Below the pieces are notes generated by a model, which was not told the DNA's origin, searched no databases, and saw only the letters and a program-made list of their open reading frames with translations. DNA of 64,000 nt from Candidatus Marinacidobacterales bacterium (GTDB lineage: Bacteria > Acidobacteriota > Vicinamibacteria > Marinacidobacterales > DATDRI01): positions 480,001 through 544,000 of the forward strand of contig OZ244742.1 in NCBI GenBank assembly GCA_965219415.1, in the 5' to 3' direction. This document shows positions 52,213 to 63,336 of this stretch, one piece after another. Both the position numbers and the translations under genes were made by a program. How positions within the stretch are numbered: position 1 is the stretch's first letter; every line of letters begins with the position of its first letter.

Positions 52213-53589
52213 CGCTGCTCGCTCAGTAGGGGCTGCCCCCTGTTGGAGGGGGGGTTGGGCCCTCTCCGTCCTCAGTCCGAGGCCACTCGCTCCGGAGACT
52301 CGATTCGCTGCCTGCCTATATCCTTACCACCCACTATCGCCTCCCCGATGTTCAAGAGATGATCCTTCATTCTTCGGTAGGCATTGGCGATGTCCATGTA
52401 AGAGGTGCTGATCAACGGATCAACTGTCTCTTCAGATAGTCGGCTCCAGTGACGGTCTCTCAACGCCCTGATCTTCTCGGTGATCTCACGGCTATCCCGA
52501 CGTATTCCAGACAAGTACTCATCGAGTTCGTCGACTGTAAAGCCTTCATGCACGCTGTCGTAGTATGCGGCGATCACGTCGTGCAACTCCAGCAACTCTT
52601 CTTGTTGAGATGGCGATAGGGCCACGTTAGCTTCTCGTAGTCGCAGATAAAGCTTCAAGACGTTGGAGACGTAATCGCTCACCGATTCGAACTCGTCGGC
52701 TAGTCGCAGCTGAGATCTCGCCTCCTCGGCGACGTGATGACTCACGTCGACAGAAAGGAGATCGGTCAGAAACCGCGTAATTTCGATTTGAACGTCGTCG
52801 ATAATCCTCTCTCGCTGGAAAATCTTCTCAACCAAGTCTCGGTGCTCCTTCTTGTTGGTGATAACGGTGCGCAGGTCATCCAGCATTGCTCTCACGTGTT
52901 GATCGGTTCGCGTAATTTCAAAGCCAGATTGCTCGATCGCGATCAAGGGCGAGCTCACCAGACTGAAATCCAAATGCGTCAAACGCTCCCTTTCCGCCGC
53001 AGGCTTGTCCTTGACCAGCCTTGTCAGAGCGTTTGCTATAGGGGTAATGAACGGAACGAACAAGAGTGCCGTAACAACGTTGAACACAGTATGTACCACA
53101 GCAATCCCGGCCGTCATGTAGGGGAAGGTCCCTCCGGGCAGCTGCATGTTCGGGTCCACACCTCGCATCACAAAGTTGTCGATGAAGGGGAGATACACCG
53201 GGAGGAAAAGAGCCGTAACGACAGCAACCCCGGATACGTTGAAGAATATGTGAAAGTAAGCGGTTCGTTTGGCGTTAACATCGTCCGCCCCAAGAGAAGC
53301 TAAGTAGGCGGTAATTGTCGTCCCAACGTTCGTGCCCAAAACCAAAGCGGCGGCGGTTTGGAAGTCGACCACCCCGGTATTGGCGAGGGCGATCGTCATT
53401 CCCAGAGTAGCCGATGATGATTGAATGATGAGAGTCACCACACAACCTACCAGCGCGGATTTCATGACCCCGACGTAGTTGGTGGCCTCGAACATATGGA
53501 ACATCGCCACGAATTCTGGAAGATCCCTAACCGGCTTGAAACCATCCTTCATGAGCTCCAAGCCAAAAAACACCATCCCGATCCCAAGA

Positions 53590-55049
53590 GGGGATGTCCC
53601 GCCGGATGTTGAATTTGGGGTAGCGGCGGCTCCTTGGCCGGCCTAAGAATAGGTCTGCCAAACAACCGTCTCCAGAGGGGGACAAGGAGCCACCAATGCC
53701 TAGGAAATCAAAGAAGCCAGTAAGAAAGCAAACGCACTCGCCTACGGGCAAGGTAGTTGGCCAAGTCGGTCAGATACTGCTACCGATGATAGCTGGGATC
53801 GCGGCCACGAAGGCGGAACTGACGGAATGGGTGTACGAGCAAGGACTGACAGCTCTGCACCTACTGCTCAGAGAGGACGCCGAGGAGATCGCGGGGCTCA
53901 AGGGCAAGCACGAGAAGGAGCGAACTCATAACCACTGGGGGAGCACGAACGGAGAGCTGAGCTTCGGTGGTCGTCGCATCCAAGTGTCGCGACCTCGAGT
54001 TCGCTCGAAGTCGGGCGAGGAGGCGTCGCTTCCACACTTCGAAGCCTTCCGCGAAGAAGACCCGCTTCCAGAGCGAGTGTTGAATCAGATCTTGGTGGGG
54101 GTATCGACCCGAAATTACGAATCGAGTCTGAACAAACCCGCGGCCAAGTTGAAGTCTCGTGGCACGAGTAAGAGTGCCGCCAGCCGTCACCTCGTGAGCC
54201 AGACGACTAAGAAGCTCGAGGAATACCTGTCTCGGCGGCTAGAGGAGTTCGAGCTTGCGGCACTGATGCTGGATGGCCTTGAGGTGGCCGGACAGACCGT
54301 CGTCGTAACTCTAGGTATCACAATAGATGGAACGAAGGTGCCCCTGGGTATATGGCTGGGCTCGACGGAGAACTCTCGGGTGTGCACCGCGATGTTGCAG
54401 GACCTTCTCGAGCGGGGCTTGCGCGTCGATGAGTCGATTCTCTGCGTAGTGGACGGAGGCAAAGGCATCCGCAAGGCACTCGTCGACGTTTTGGGGGACC
54501 TCGCGGTCATCCAAAGGTGCCAGATCCATAAACTCCGGAATCTTCGCTCGTACCTTCCCAAGTCTCGTCACGCCTACGTACTCCAGACGATGAAGGAAGC
54601 CTACAAGTGCAAGAGTGCCGACAAGGCGCGCAAGCGACTTCAGGCATTGGTGTCGTGGCTCGAGCGAAACGGCTACGACGAAGCTGCCGGAAGCCTTCGT
54701 GAAGGGATGGAAGAGACACTCACGGTCGTGAAGCTCGCGCTGCCCGCCTTACTTCGCCAGTCTCTTGCCACGACGAACGCCATTGAGAATCTCAACGGAA
54801 CCATTCGCAGAGTATCGAGAAACGTCAAGCGTTGGAAGAGTCCTTCCATGGTTCGCCGATGGACCGCTCTTGGCGTCGTCACCGCGCAGAAAAAGTTCCG
54901 GCGTATCAAAGGCTATCGCCATATGGGCGCTTTCGTTCACGCGCTTAGAAGCAAACAGAAATCTCTTGACAGCGATGAGTTTGCTGCCTAAGAGTATTCA
55001 CAGGTGCCGCCGCTACCCGACCAAATTCAACAGCGGCCGGGACATCCCC
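53590..55049 (+). mobile_element. IS256-family element (first type)
   Basis: IRs GGGGATGTCCCG...TGTTGAATTTGG; 8-bp TSD TCCCAAGA at 53582-53589 and 55050-55057. Confidence 0.95.
53696..54991 (+). CDS. IS256 (mutator) transposase, intact
   Basis: RPRVR, GVSTR, MLDG, VVDG, QRCQIHK, TTNAIE. Confidence 0.95.
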   Translation: MPRKSKKPVRKQTHSPTGKVVGQVGQILLPMIAGIAATKAELTEWVYEQGLTALHLLLREDAEEIAGLKGKHEKERTHNHWGSTNGELSFGGRRIQVSRPRVRSKSGEEASLPHFEAFREEDPLPERVLNQILVGVSTRNYESSLNKPAAKLKSRGTSKSAASRHLVSQTTKKLEEYLSRRLEEFELAALMLDGLEVAGQTVVVTLGITIDGTKVPLGIWLGSTENSRVCTAMLQDLLERGLRVDESILCVVDGGKGIRKALVDVLGDLAVIQRCQIHKLRNLRSYLPKSRHAYVLQTMKEAYKCKSADKARKRLQALVSWLERNGYDEAAGSLREGMEETLTVVKLALPALLRQSLATTNAIENLNGTIRRVSRNVKRWKSPSMVRRWTALGVVTAQKKFRRIKGYRHMGAFVHALRSKQKSLDSDEFAA

Positions 55050-55699
55050 TCCCAAGAATCGCCAGGGCTGAGTAGCGTAGTTTCTCTCGCTTGATAAACA
55101 ACCAGCCGAAGGCCGCCAGGCCGAGCAGGGGGAGACCGTATTGCCCTATTTTCAATGTTAGTATCCACCCAGTGATCGTGGTGCCGATATTGGCACCGAT
55201 AATGACCCCGACGGCTCCAGTGAGTGTCATGAGCTCGCTATTGACGAGGCCGATTACCATCACCGAAGTGACCGAGCTCGACTGGATAAGGGTGGTGATG
55301 AATAGCCCAATACCCACTGCCACAAATCGGTTGGAGGTGACCACGCTGATCATGCGCCTTATGCTGTCGCCGGCGACGACTTGAAGACCTTGTTGCATGT
55401 ATTTCATGCCGAGCAGAAAAATGCCGAGGCCTCCAATGACATGAAAAGCCATTTCTGACACTAAACCAACGTTCATAGGCGCTCTTTCTTCTCCAAATGT
55501 AGAAAGATAGGAATGCCGATCTTGGCTACCTGTAAAAACGGAGACGAATCCTCCATGGCTCGCCTGACTCTTGTCTATCTGGACGCCGAAACTAACACAT
55601 CCAGGCCAGCGAGGGGAAGCACCAACCAAGACAAGCGCTGGGTTTGCCGACCCTGATCAATCGACCGAGCCACATTCTTTCTTCGTATAATGGCGAGAC

Positions 55700-56361
55700 A
55701 TGTCTCGTTCCCGCGACACTTCCGAGCACTATGTCACCGTCGAGCGCACCGCGCGCTTCGTCACGATGGGGGCGACCGACCAACCCACCGAGCTCTGGTT
55801 CGTCTGCCACGGGTACGGAGAACTCGCCGCCTCCTTTGTCCAGGGACTCTCGGTACTCGACGATGGGACGCGCCTCTTGGTCGCCCCCGAGGCGCTTTCC
55901 GGTTCTATGTGGACGGGACACATCAAAGGGTTGGTGGCTCCTGGATGACTCGCGAGGACCGTGAAAACGAGATGCGTGATTACCTGAAGTACCTCGATGC
56001 GGTGAAGACGGAGGTTTTCTCTCGGATCCATGGCGCGTCCGCGCGCATCACCGTCCTCGGCTTCTCGCAGGGAGCGGCCACTGCAGCGCGGTGGGCCAGT
56101 CGAGGCACGGTCGACGCGGCGAGGCTAATCATTTGGGGGGAGAGCCTTCCGCCGGAGCTAGAGGATGAGGAGAGTCTGAAGCGCCTACGCGCAATGAAGC
56201 TCACATTTGTCCATGGCACGCGAGACGAGTTTTTCACAGCTGCTCGATGCTCCGAGCTCAGAGAGCGCCTCGACCGCCTCGGCGTCCCGTTCGAGGAGAA
56301 AAGCTTCGAGGGCGGGCACCGGCTGGATGATACGGCGCTTCTCGAAATCGTCTCCCGCTAA
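55700..56361 (+). pseudogene. Alpha/beta-hydrolase esterase (phospholipase/carboxylesterase), frameshift near 55900
   Basis: WFVCHGYG, APEALS/RFY, WMTREDR, GFSQG, GGH. Confidence 0.85.
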
Positions 56362-56551
56362 CACGGTCCACCATCAGAGTCCCATAATTTCCTGTAACCT
56401 TTACCTAAGTTAGCCGTCTCCAAAGTGTCTCCGAACCGCAAGACCGCAAAACTTGAACCCAGACGGCGACCCGCGCACGATTTCGTCCCAAGCTAAGAGT
56501 TGATATTGGGGACTCCAGTTTGAAGTCTATCCGCGACGAGGGAGGGGTGCC

Positions 56552-57086
56552 ATGGGACCGGCAATTAGGGAGCAGGCCAGTAGAGTTGTCGCCATTTCTG
56601 TTTTTCTTATTAGGCTGTCAGTTGTCGCTGGGATTCCGCAAGCTAGCTTCGCACAGTACACGTTTGAAGTCACAACCGTCGATGCCGCGGCTGACGTCGG
56701 TCGCCACAGTGCGATCGCGGTCAACCCCCAAAACAATCACGTTCACATCGTCTATTACGATGCGACGAATAATCATTTGAAACACGCGTACCTGAACGAG
56801 TCCGGTAGCTGAAACACCGAGACAGTGGACTCCTCGCCGTTTGTCGGAGGCCAAGCGATCGCAATGCACATTGATAGTAAAGGGCGGCTTCACGTCACCT
56901 ATAGTGACAGTGGGAATGGAGCCTTAAAGTACGCGAAAAAAAGGGCCCCGGCTGGTCGATTCGGACGATAGATACCGGCGACTATCCTTTCGCCTTTGCG
57001 CTTTCAATCGCCGCGGATCGACAGGGACATGCTTACATCGCATACGCGGAGGGGCAAGAGCTCAAGCTTGCTTTCGAAGACCGCTC
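56552..57086 (+). pseudogene. Exported repeat (beta-propeller-like) protein, 5' half
   Basis: Signal peptide; repeats SAIAV..HIVYYD..LKHA..W.TETVD; TGA at 56810-56812, A-run frameshift near 56940; cut by an IS3 end. Confidence 0.75.
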
Positions 57087-57105
57087 TGAACCGCCCCGGG
57101 TTTCC
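57087..57105 (+). mobile_element. Orphan 19-bp terminal IR of an IS3-family (IS51/IS629-like) element
   Basis: TGAACCGCCCCGGGTTTCC, nearly identical to the IR at 63337. Confidence 0.85.
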
Positions 57106-58472
57106 GGATGTGTGCCGAGGTCCGTGGAAAAAGAACGGTGCCCTCCACTCCGTCATCAGAGTATCATATCAGGCGGCGACCTCCGCGTGTTCGAGAGCCT
57201 CGCTCAGACGTTGGTAGCCGTCGATGCGTCGTAGTTGAATCTGGCCAGAGGCGATAAACCCAAACAGCAAAGCGACCGCAGACTCCTCGCTGGAGAACGA
57301 CGCTTGGGTTTTCGTCCGGCGTCGAAACTCGCGGTTGAGATTCTCCAGAGCATTGGTCGTTCGAAACGATTTCCACATGGCACGAGGGAATTCGTAGAAG
57401 GTCAGCAGCTGATTACCGGCCTCCTCTAGGCTTCGGACGACGGCCGGCGCGAGAGGCGTCCACTTGGCGACGAGCTCGTCATAGGCTTTGCGAGCATCGA
57501 TCCCGTTCTTGGCGTAGACGATCCGGTTGTAGTCACGCCGGAGCTCACGGCGTGCGTGCGCCGGGCAATGTTGGAGCAAGTTGGCGCGCTTGTGCTCGGT
57601 ACATCGCTGCAACCGGCACCCCGGCCACTTCTCCAGCGCTTTCGTCAGCCCCTTGTGGCCGTCGCTGATCACTAGCTTGGGAGCCCGGAGTCCTCGAGCC
57701 TGGAGTCCCTCCAGCACGGAGCCCCAATGCGTCGAGGCTTCGCTCACCGCCAGACGCAATGACAACAGACGTTTCTGCCCGTCTGGCGCGACCCCGAGCG
57801 CGGCCAGTACGGGTACGCTGATCACACGTTTCGCCATCCGCACTTTCAGGTGGAAGCCGTCCAGGTAAACGATCGCGTAGACCTCCTCGCTGAGAGCACG
57901 GTTCTGCCATTCCTCGAAGCGCTCCTTCAGCCGGCTAACCACGCGAGACACCGCGCTCTTCGATAGGTGCTCCTCACCGAGCAGTGGTTTCAGCGCTTTG
58001 CGGACCCGGCGGCTATTTGTGCCCGACAAGTACGTCCCCAAGAGCGCCTCGTCGACCTCACGAGTCCGGCGCGCGTACCGGGGCAACAGCTCGCTCCTGA
58101 ACTCTGTCGTTTCTCCCGTTTCCTCGTCTCGCACGCGGGCTCGTGGCACCCGGAGCTCGCGAGTTCCCACCGACGTCGTCACGCGACGGGTTTCGGCTCC
58201 GTTGCGATATCCACGGCGGTCTTCCGCACGCTCGTAGCTACAACACCCCAGCGCTTGGTCGACTTCCTCCTCGAGCACAACCTCGATCGCCTCCAGTACC
58301 CGCATACGCAGCCGAAGTTGGACGAACTCCCGGTACTCGCTTACAGACTCCTTCAATATGGTGGTAGGCTTCTCCATGGCGTAATCCTCCTCCTCGCCTT
58401 TCCAGGCGCGGTTTCGTTTTGCTTAACCGGAGGTTACGCCATTCTTATTTCCACGGGAAGCGGGACGGATCC
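57106..58472 (-). mobile_element. IS256-family element (second type), no matching TSD
   Basis: Imperfect IRs GGATGTGTGCCGAGGTCCGTGGAAA and GGATCCGTCCCGCTTCCCGTGGAAA; flanks GGGTTTCC and AACAGCTG differ. Confidence 0.9.
57169..58377 (-). CDS. IS256 transposase, intact
   Basis: GYRNG, VPRAR, YLDG, ISDGHKGL, QRCTEH, RTTNALE. Confidence 0.95.
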   Translation of the reverse strand: MEKPTTILKESVSEYREFVQLRLRMRVLEAIEVVLEEEVDQALGCCSYERAEDRRGYRNGAETRRVTTSVGTRELRVPRARVRDEETGETTEFRSELLPRYARRTREVDEALLGTYLSGTNSRRVRKALKPLLGEEHLSKSAVSRVVSRLKERFEEWQNRALSEEVYAIVYLDGFHLKVRMAKRVISVPVLAALGVAPDGQKRLLSLRLAVSEASTHWGSVLEGLQARGLRAPKLVISDGHKGLTKALEKWPGCRLQRCTEHKRANLLQHCPAHARRELRRDYNRIVYAKNGIDARKAYDELVAKWTPLAPAVVRSLEEAGNQLLTFYEFPRAMWKSFRTTNALENLNREFRRRTKTQASFSSEESAVALLFGFIASGQIQLRRIDGYQRLSEALEHAEVAA

Positions 58473-58849
58473 AACAGCTGCAGCCACTGACAGTCATGCA
58501 TATCGGTTTTACGCCCGGGGACGTTTTTTAACTGTCGAGCATTTACCAGCACCACTTCAAGACCCCGCGATTCAAGCAACTCATAAATCGGAATCCAATA
58601 GACGTAGGTGCTTTCCATCGCAACCGATTCGACTCCTTGCTCGATGAGCCAATCCCCCATTTGATTCAAAGACGGTGTCGTTGGGGAAAACACCCGCACG
58701 TTCACTTTACCATCCGACAAGGCCGGCCCACATACCCAATGCTCACGACTGCCAATATCGATGCCTGCTACCTTCGACCTTGTCACCGGCAGCGATTGCG
58801 GCGACGGATTCTTCGACTTCCTACCACTCTTTTTCACGCGCTTGTGCAT
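58473..58849 (-). pseudogene. IS110-family recombinase, N-terminal RuvC-like part truncated by IS256
   Basis: AGIDIGSREH, VAMESTYVYW, LVNARQ, PGRKTDMHDCQW (DEDD). Confidence 0.9.
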
Positions 58850-59140
58850 CTCTGACCTCACATGTATTTTTGTGAGTGAAGGCTCCGGCCCGAGATGGCG
58901 ATTGTTAGGATTCTGACCCTGGGGAGTGCTTCCGTTCAAAGCCTCGCCAATGATAGGGAGCCGGCTCGGACCCAAGCTCGTCCTGGGGCATTAGTGCACC
59001 AGTGGTGCTACGGGGTTTAGCTGCCGGGGCCTTCACCGACAACCCTTTTATCAGCTCAGGTAGTTTCTCGCCTGATAGGGCCGGCCTCAGCCGGCGGCCT
59101 TGCTCGTCTGGACAAGATTTTGCCCCGGCAGTTCGGAGCC
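58850..59140 (-). ncRNA. Structured non-coding end of IS110, candidate bridge RNA
   Basis: About 290 nt upstream of the recombinase; inverted repeats 59021-59030/59122-59131 and 58896-58901/58944-58949. Confidence 0.5.
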
Positions 59141-59671
59141 CTAACCAATCAACGTTTCGGCGGCGATGCGCTCGTAGACTCTTCGATCGCCCTCCGAAAA
59201 ACAGCAGAACACTACCCGTGCCGGTAAGGGGTTCGCTTCGAGCCAATCACGGACGGTGAGCTGGGCGATCTCCGCCGCCTTCTCGAGCGGAAAACGGTAC
59301 GCGCCGGTCGCGATGGAAGGGAAGCCAATACTCTGGAGGTCGTGCCCCTGCGCAAGCTCGAGGCTTCGTCGGTAGCAGCTCGCGAGGAGCTCGGGCTCAC
59401 GCCTCTTGCCACCGCTCCATACCGGGCCCACGGCATGGATGACATACTGTGCTAATAGTCGATACCCCTTGGTGATCTTGGCTTCGCCGGTGGCCGCGCC
59501 ACCGAGCGTCTCGCACTCCGCGAGAAGCTCCGGTCCGGCCGCCCGATGGATGGCGCCATCGACGCCGCCCCCGCCGAGCAGAGAAGTGTTGGCCGCGTTG
59601 ACAATAGCGTCGACATCCAGCTTGGTGATATCGCCCTGTGTGATCTCGACGCGACCACCTGAGTAGGGCAT
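59141..59671 (-). CDS. Macrodomain O-acetyl-ADP-ribose deacetylase (YmdB-like)
   Basis: GDIT, IVNAAN..LLGGGGVDGAIHRAAG, IHAVGP, FPSIATGAY. Confidence 0.95.
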   Translation of the reverse strand: MPYSGGRVEITQGDITKLDVDAIVNAANTSLLGGGGVDGAIHRAAGPELLAECETLGGAATGEAKITKGYRLLAQYVIHAVGPVWSGGKRREPELLASCYRRSLELAQGHDLQSIGFPSIATGAYRFPLEKAAEIAQLTVRDWLEANPLPARVVFCCFSEGDRRVYERIAAETLIG

Positions 59672-59739
59672 GGGACTTCCGACTTTATGACCGTTGCCAA
59701 ACCGGCGTCAAGCCGGAGCGGCTCCTTAGATTACGCGCA

Positions 59740-60038
59740 GTCAGGCCCTGGAGCTTGGTCCCGACGGCATTCGAGTGAACTCGGTCTCGCCAGGCTGGAT
59801 TGGGTGCCGGCTCATGGACGAATGGACCGGCGGCGATCGCGCCAAGACCGACAAGGTGGGGGGGCGCTTTCATATCCTGGGTCGGGTCGGCAATCCGGAC
59901 GAGGTCGCACGGGCGGCGTTGTTTCTTTGCTCGGATCACGCCTCGTTCATCACCGGGACGGATGTGGCGGCAGACGGAGGCTATACGGCCATGGGACCGG
60001 AGCGTACCGACGCCGCCATACCCGGGCTGATGTCTTAG
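59740..60038 (+). pseudogene. SDR oxidoreductase C-terminal remnant
   Basis: ELGPDGIRVNSVSPG...EVARAALFLCS..ASFITG...DGG; Rossmann and YxxxK regions missing. Confidence 0.8.
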
Positions 60039-60043
60039 CGCAG

Positions 60044-60763
60044 CTACTCGATCACGCGAAAGCTCTGTCCTTCGGGTAGCTGAAGCGTCCTACCGTCGAA
60101 TGTGGCTTGGAACGTCTCGTCTGCGGCGTAGTGGGCCTTATCTCCTTGGACCGAAAACCACCGCATGGCCTCGAGCCGGAGCGCATCGCCCTCGCGCTGG
60201 TAGCGGCCCGAGCCTGCCAACCAACCCTCATCGGGATTCGTCACCAGCACGAAGTGTTCGTCGGTGAGGGCGAGCATGCCACGGTCCAAGGCGATGAGCT
60301 TCGTTTTCGTCGTGGGGACCCTGACGAGTTTTTCGGTGGCCCCGTTGGCGAAGCTGAGAAATAGATACTTGTCACCACGCTTGTAACTCACCTCATGGCT
60401 TGTATTGGAGCGTCCCGCCAAAAGAGTATCCTCCGCCGGTGTCACAACGATTCCGGTCTCGACGTCGAAATGCACGACGCCGCCTGACTTCACTTGGTAC
60501 CTGCCGATATGGGCGTCGGTGAGTTGGCGTTCCATGGGCTCGCTGCCGTGCATCGCTTGATGTATGAACCATCCATCGTGGAAGAGGAAAAGCCCTACCA
60601 AAGGCTTATCTCCATGGTCGGGGCCTTCGAACCGCTCGGAGGACCAAAGGTGTCTGAACGACTCGTAAGACCACAGGCCCGCGATTTCATCGGTGGAAGC
60701 CATAGAAGCTAGCGGGGGTAACAACAGCCAACAGGTCAGAGCAAGCGCGGACTTTGTTTTCAT
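60044..60763 (-). CDS. Hypothetical exported beta-rich protein
   Basis: Signal peptide MKTKSALALTCWLLLPPLASMA; IAGLWSY; two GRY-type beta repeats. Confidence 0.65.
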   Translation of the reverse strand: MKTKSALALTCWLLLPPLASMASTDEIAGLWSYESFRHLWSSERFEGPDHGDKPLVGLFLFHDGWFIHQAMHGSEPMERQLTDAHIGRYQVKSGGVVHFDVETGIVVTPAEDTLLAGRSNTSHEVSYKRGDKYLFLSFANGATEKLVRVPTTKTKLIALDRGMLALTDEHFVLVTNPDEGWLAGSGRYQREGDALRLEAMRWFSVQGDKAHYAADETFQATFDGRTLQLPEGQSFRVIE

Positions 60764-60782
60764 GTGGCCGGTTATATCACGT

Positions 60783-62830
60783 CTAAGGAAACGGGTTAAA
60801 AGCACCCTTTGCCCAGCGATCGGGAATTTTGCTCGGAAACTTCGACGACTGTTCGGTATCGGCCCAGCTGTAAACGGTGGAGAGATTGGGGTCATTGTTG
60901 GCGTCGTTGTCGCGGAAGTTGAAATCGAGGCCGATCGTTCCCACCGTTGGCAGGTCGGGATCCAGGGCGGACTTGTCGATCCGCACCTCCAGCCACCATC
61001 CCTTGTGATCCAGGGACACTGCCGAGGTCACGCCGGCCAACACCTGGTTCTTGTAGCTGCCGGTTGTTGTGAACAAGTTGACCCGGTTGGCGGCGTCGAT
61101 AACGAGCTGAATATCCGAGGTCGAGCCGCCAAGAGGGTTGGATCCGCCGTCGTTTCCGGGATCGATATAGATTTCGATGCAGTCGTTAGCCCAGTTCCTC
61201 GGCCTTCCGTTCCTCGTCTGGATGTCATCGTCTTTGATGCGAACCAGAAAGTAAAGTGTCGATGCGTCGTGGCGCGCGTAGACCTTGGCGGTGTGGTCGG
61301 GCGCCTTGGTCGGCAGGGCCAGATTAGTGGCTCTCCCCCCGAAGTAAACGATTCCTTTTTCTACGCCCACGAATGCGATGTCTCCGGAGATGACATCCCC
61401 ACCCCGGACTTTCGAAGAGAACTCACTCAAGTTCCAGTCGCCCTGTTTCCCGTCGACGACAATCGTGCCGGCCGGTTTGATGTTTAGCGTCGGCCGCGTG
61501 AGTGCCGATCCGGTCGTGAACGACCACTGGGGACCGGTTGTCGTTCCGGCATCGTTGACCCCGTCGATGCGCCATGAGTAAGTCGTTTCCGCAGCCAAGG
61601 TTCCTGGATCGAAGACCGTGGCGGTTTGATTTCCCTGGAATGCGGGAGGGGTGCTGGTACCGAAATAGACATCATGAGATGCGGCGCCGACTCCCGATGA
61701 CCACTGGAGCTCCGACTGGGCGCTGACGTTGGAGCCTCCGTTCGGTGGGTTGGGTGCGGAGGCAGGTGCGGGCGGGCCCAGCGGAGCCTTGGCTACGGTT
61801 ACGACGTCCAAGTAGAAAACGCCTTCGCCTTGGCGGCGGATGCGGAAGTCGGCCCCCTTGCTTTGGCGATTGCCGAAGAAAAGCGTCCACTACGGTCCAG
61901 GTCTTTTGACTCCAAGAATTTGGTGTCGTTTCCTATTGCCAGTTCTGGATGCACCGTGAACGCCCCCGCTCGCCGAGTCGTATTCGAGCGCAAGATTCTT
62001 GCCGTTGTCGAAGTAGGTCACGGTGATTTGAACGGCCGGCTGACTTCCCTCGAAAGCGAAGGAACCCACCACGTTGAAGTACATGTAGAGATCGGTCTCG
62101 GTATCCTCGTTCTGTCGGGCGATGCGGCCACCGATTTCGGTGACTAGGGTGTCGCCGTCACTGGGTTCGACTCGGTAGAGCCCGGACTCTTCGTCGACCC
62201 GGCCGAGATCGACATCGACCGACGAGTCTGGAAAGGGGCCACCTACCGCCACCACCCAATCGGACTGGCTGGGCGCTTCAAACGTGTGGAAGCTCGGGCT
62301 CAGGACGCCCAGAGGAATTTCTTCGTAGTCCCGCTTGGTATTGACGGCGACCGCGAAACGGGGGCCAGCCATGTTGGCAAGATCCATCGCGATCGAAGAG
62401 GCGCCTTCTTTGTAGAACAGGTAGGTGGTCTTCGACTCTCGTAGGGCTCGGCCGTCGGTCAGCCCGTTGGCAAATAGGAGGTTGGCGTTGAAACGATTCT
62501 TCCAGAAACGGGCATAGGTCAGGAGTTGGTTCGCGTTCGAGTAGGGGAGCGAGCCTTTGCTGTCTGGCAGCGGTCTTAGGTCGCCCCAGATATTCGCCAC
62601 GCCGCCGGCCATGGTCGAGTTCCAGAGGCCCCGCCGGGTCTCGGTCTGATCGTAGTCCTTCGAACGACCCTCGTTGCGGATGCGGAAGCGGTCCTCCGAC
62701 ATCACGGGTTGGCCAGGCACTGTGTTCAACGCGGCTCGATAGACGTCGTAGGTCGGCTTGTGGGTGTTCGTAGCTAGAATAGTCCAGCGGCTCGTTCCAG
62801 GTCACGAACTCGGAATGGTCCGACCCGCTG
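60783..62830 (-). pseudogene. Modular exported glycan-active protein remnant (catalytic-domain tail, FnIII-like, CBM9-like)
   Basis: PVMSEDRF, GGVANIWG; YDVYFGT-like SHDVYFGT..YSWRID; VDGKQGDW, DCIEIYIDP. Frameshifts near 62760 and 61800-61900; 5' end missing. Confidence 0.65.
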
Positions 62831-63336
62831 TTGGGTCCAACACATCGCATTCGCGCCTCGAAGCAGGATGATCGGAGATCCGTTCGAATCAACTGCAACG
62901 ATGGCCGAAAAATAGATACTTTCGGGAAAGTACGGATCGCTCAAGTCAACTGACTCTGGTGTGCTCCAAGAGCTGCCTGTGTTGGCGAGGTAATAAAGCC
63001 TACTTGGAGGGTGTGGTGGTGGAACACCGAAGCTGGTCCCCACGATATAGCTGAGGTGATGTGTGCCGTCTCGCAGAAATGATGAAACGCTGTGGACCCT
63101 GTCATTAATATTGAAAACTTCCTATGATCTCTTCGCTCCAGTCACCGTTGGCAACGGAGTATGAAAGACGCCGCAGCTGATCAAACGCAGAATCAAAAAA
63201 TGCAATATGAACGTTGGGAGAAGTAGAAACGCTCGGTTGATCGATAACTAACTGGGGCCCTGACGAAGTCCGAACCGGAATTCCATTCTGTCGAAGGAAG
63301 GGCACGACAGCCCAAGAATACAGATAAACTGTAGAG
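62831..63336 (-). pseudogene. 3' continuation of the repeat protein starting at 56552 (inverted)
   Basis: Same repeat style (VHIAFFD, WSEE, WSTPESVD); joins the 5' half in frame through shared CTC. Confidence 0.72.

Larger units (their letters stand above)
52272..55476 (-). pseudogene. Na+/Pi cotransporter (NptA/YjbB type, PhoU-like C-terminus) split by IS256
   Basis: QSSS and GANIGTT/GTNVGTT repeats. Removing the IS and one TSD restores ...ALAILGIGMVFFG.... Confidence 0.92.

Noticed and set aside
28186-56812. Genome-wide TGA=Trp (code 4) or selenocysteine recoding
   Set aside because: TGA is a normal stop in many genes, including ATGA/GTGA overlaps; intact genes use TGG; the internal TGAs are not at Cys positions.
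59141-59671. Macrodomain as DarG/Thoeris-type defence component
   Set aside because: Ordinary stand-alone YmdB-like sequence with no DarT, sirtuin or TIR partner nearby.
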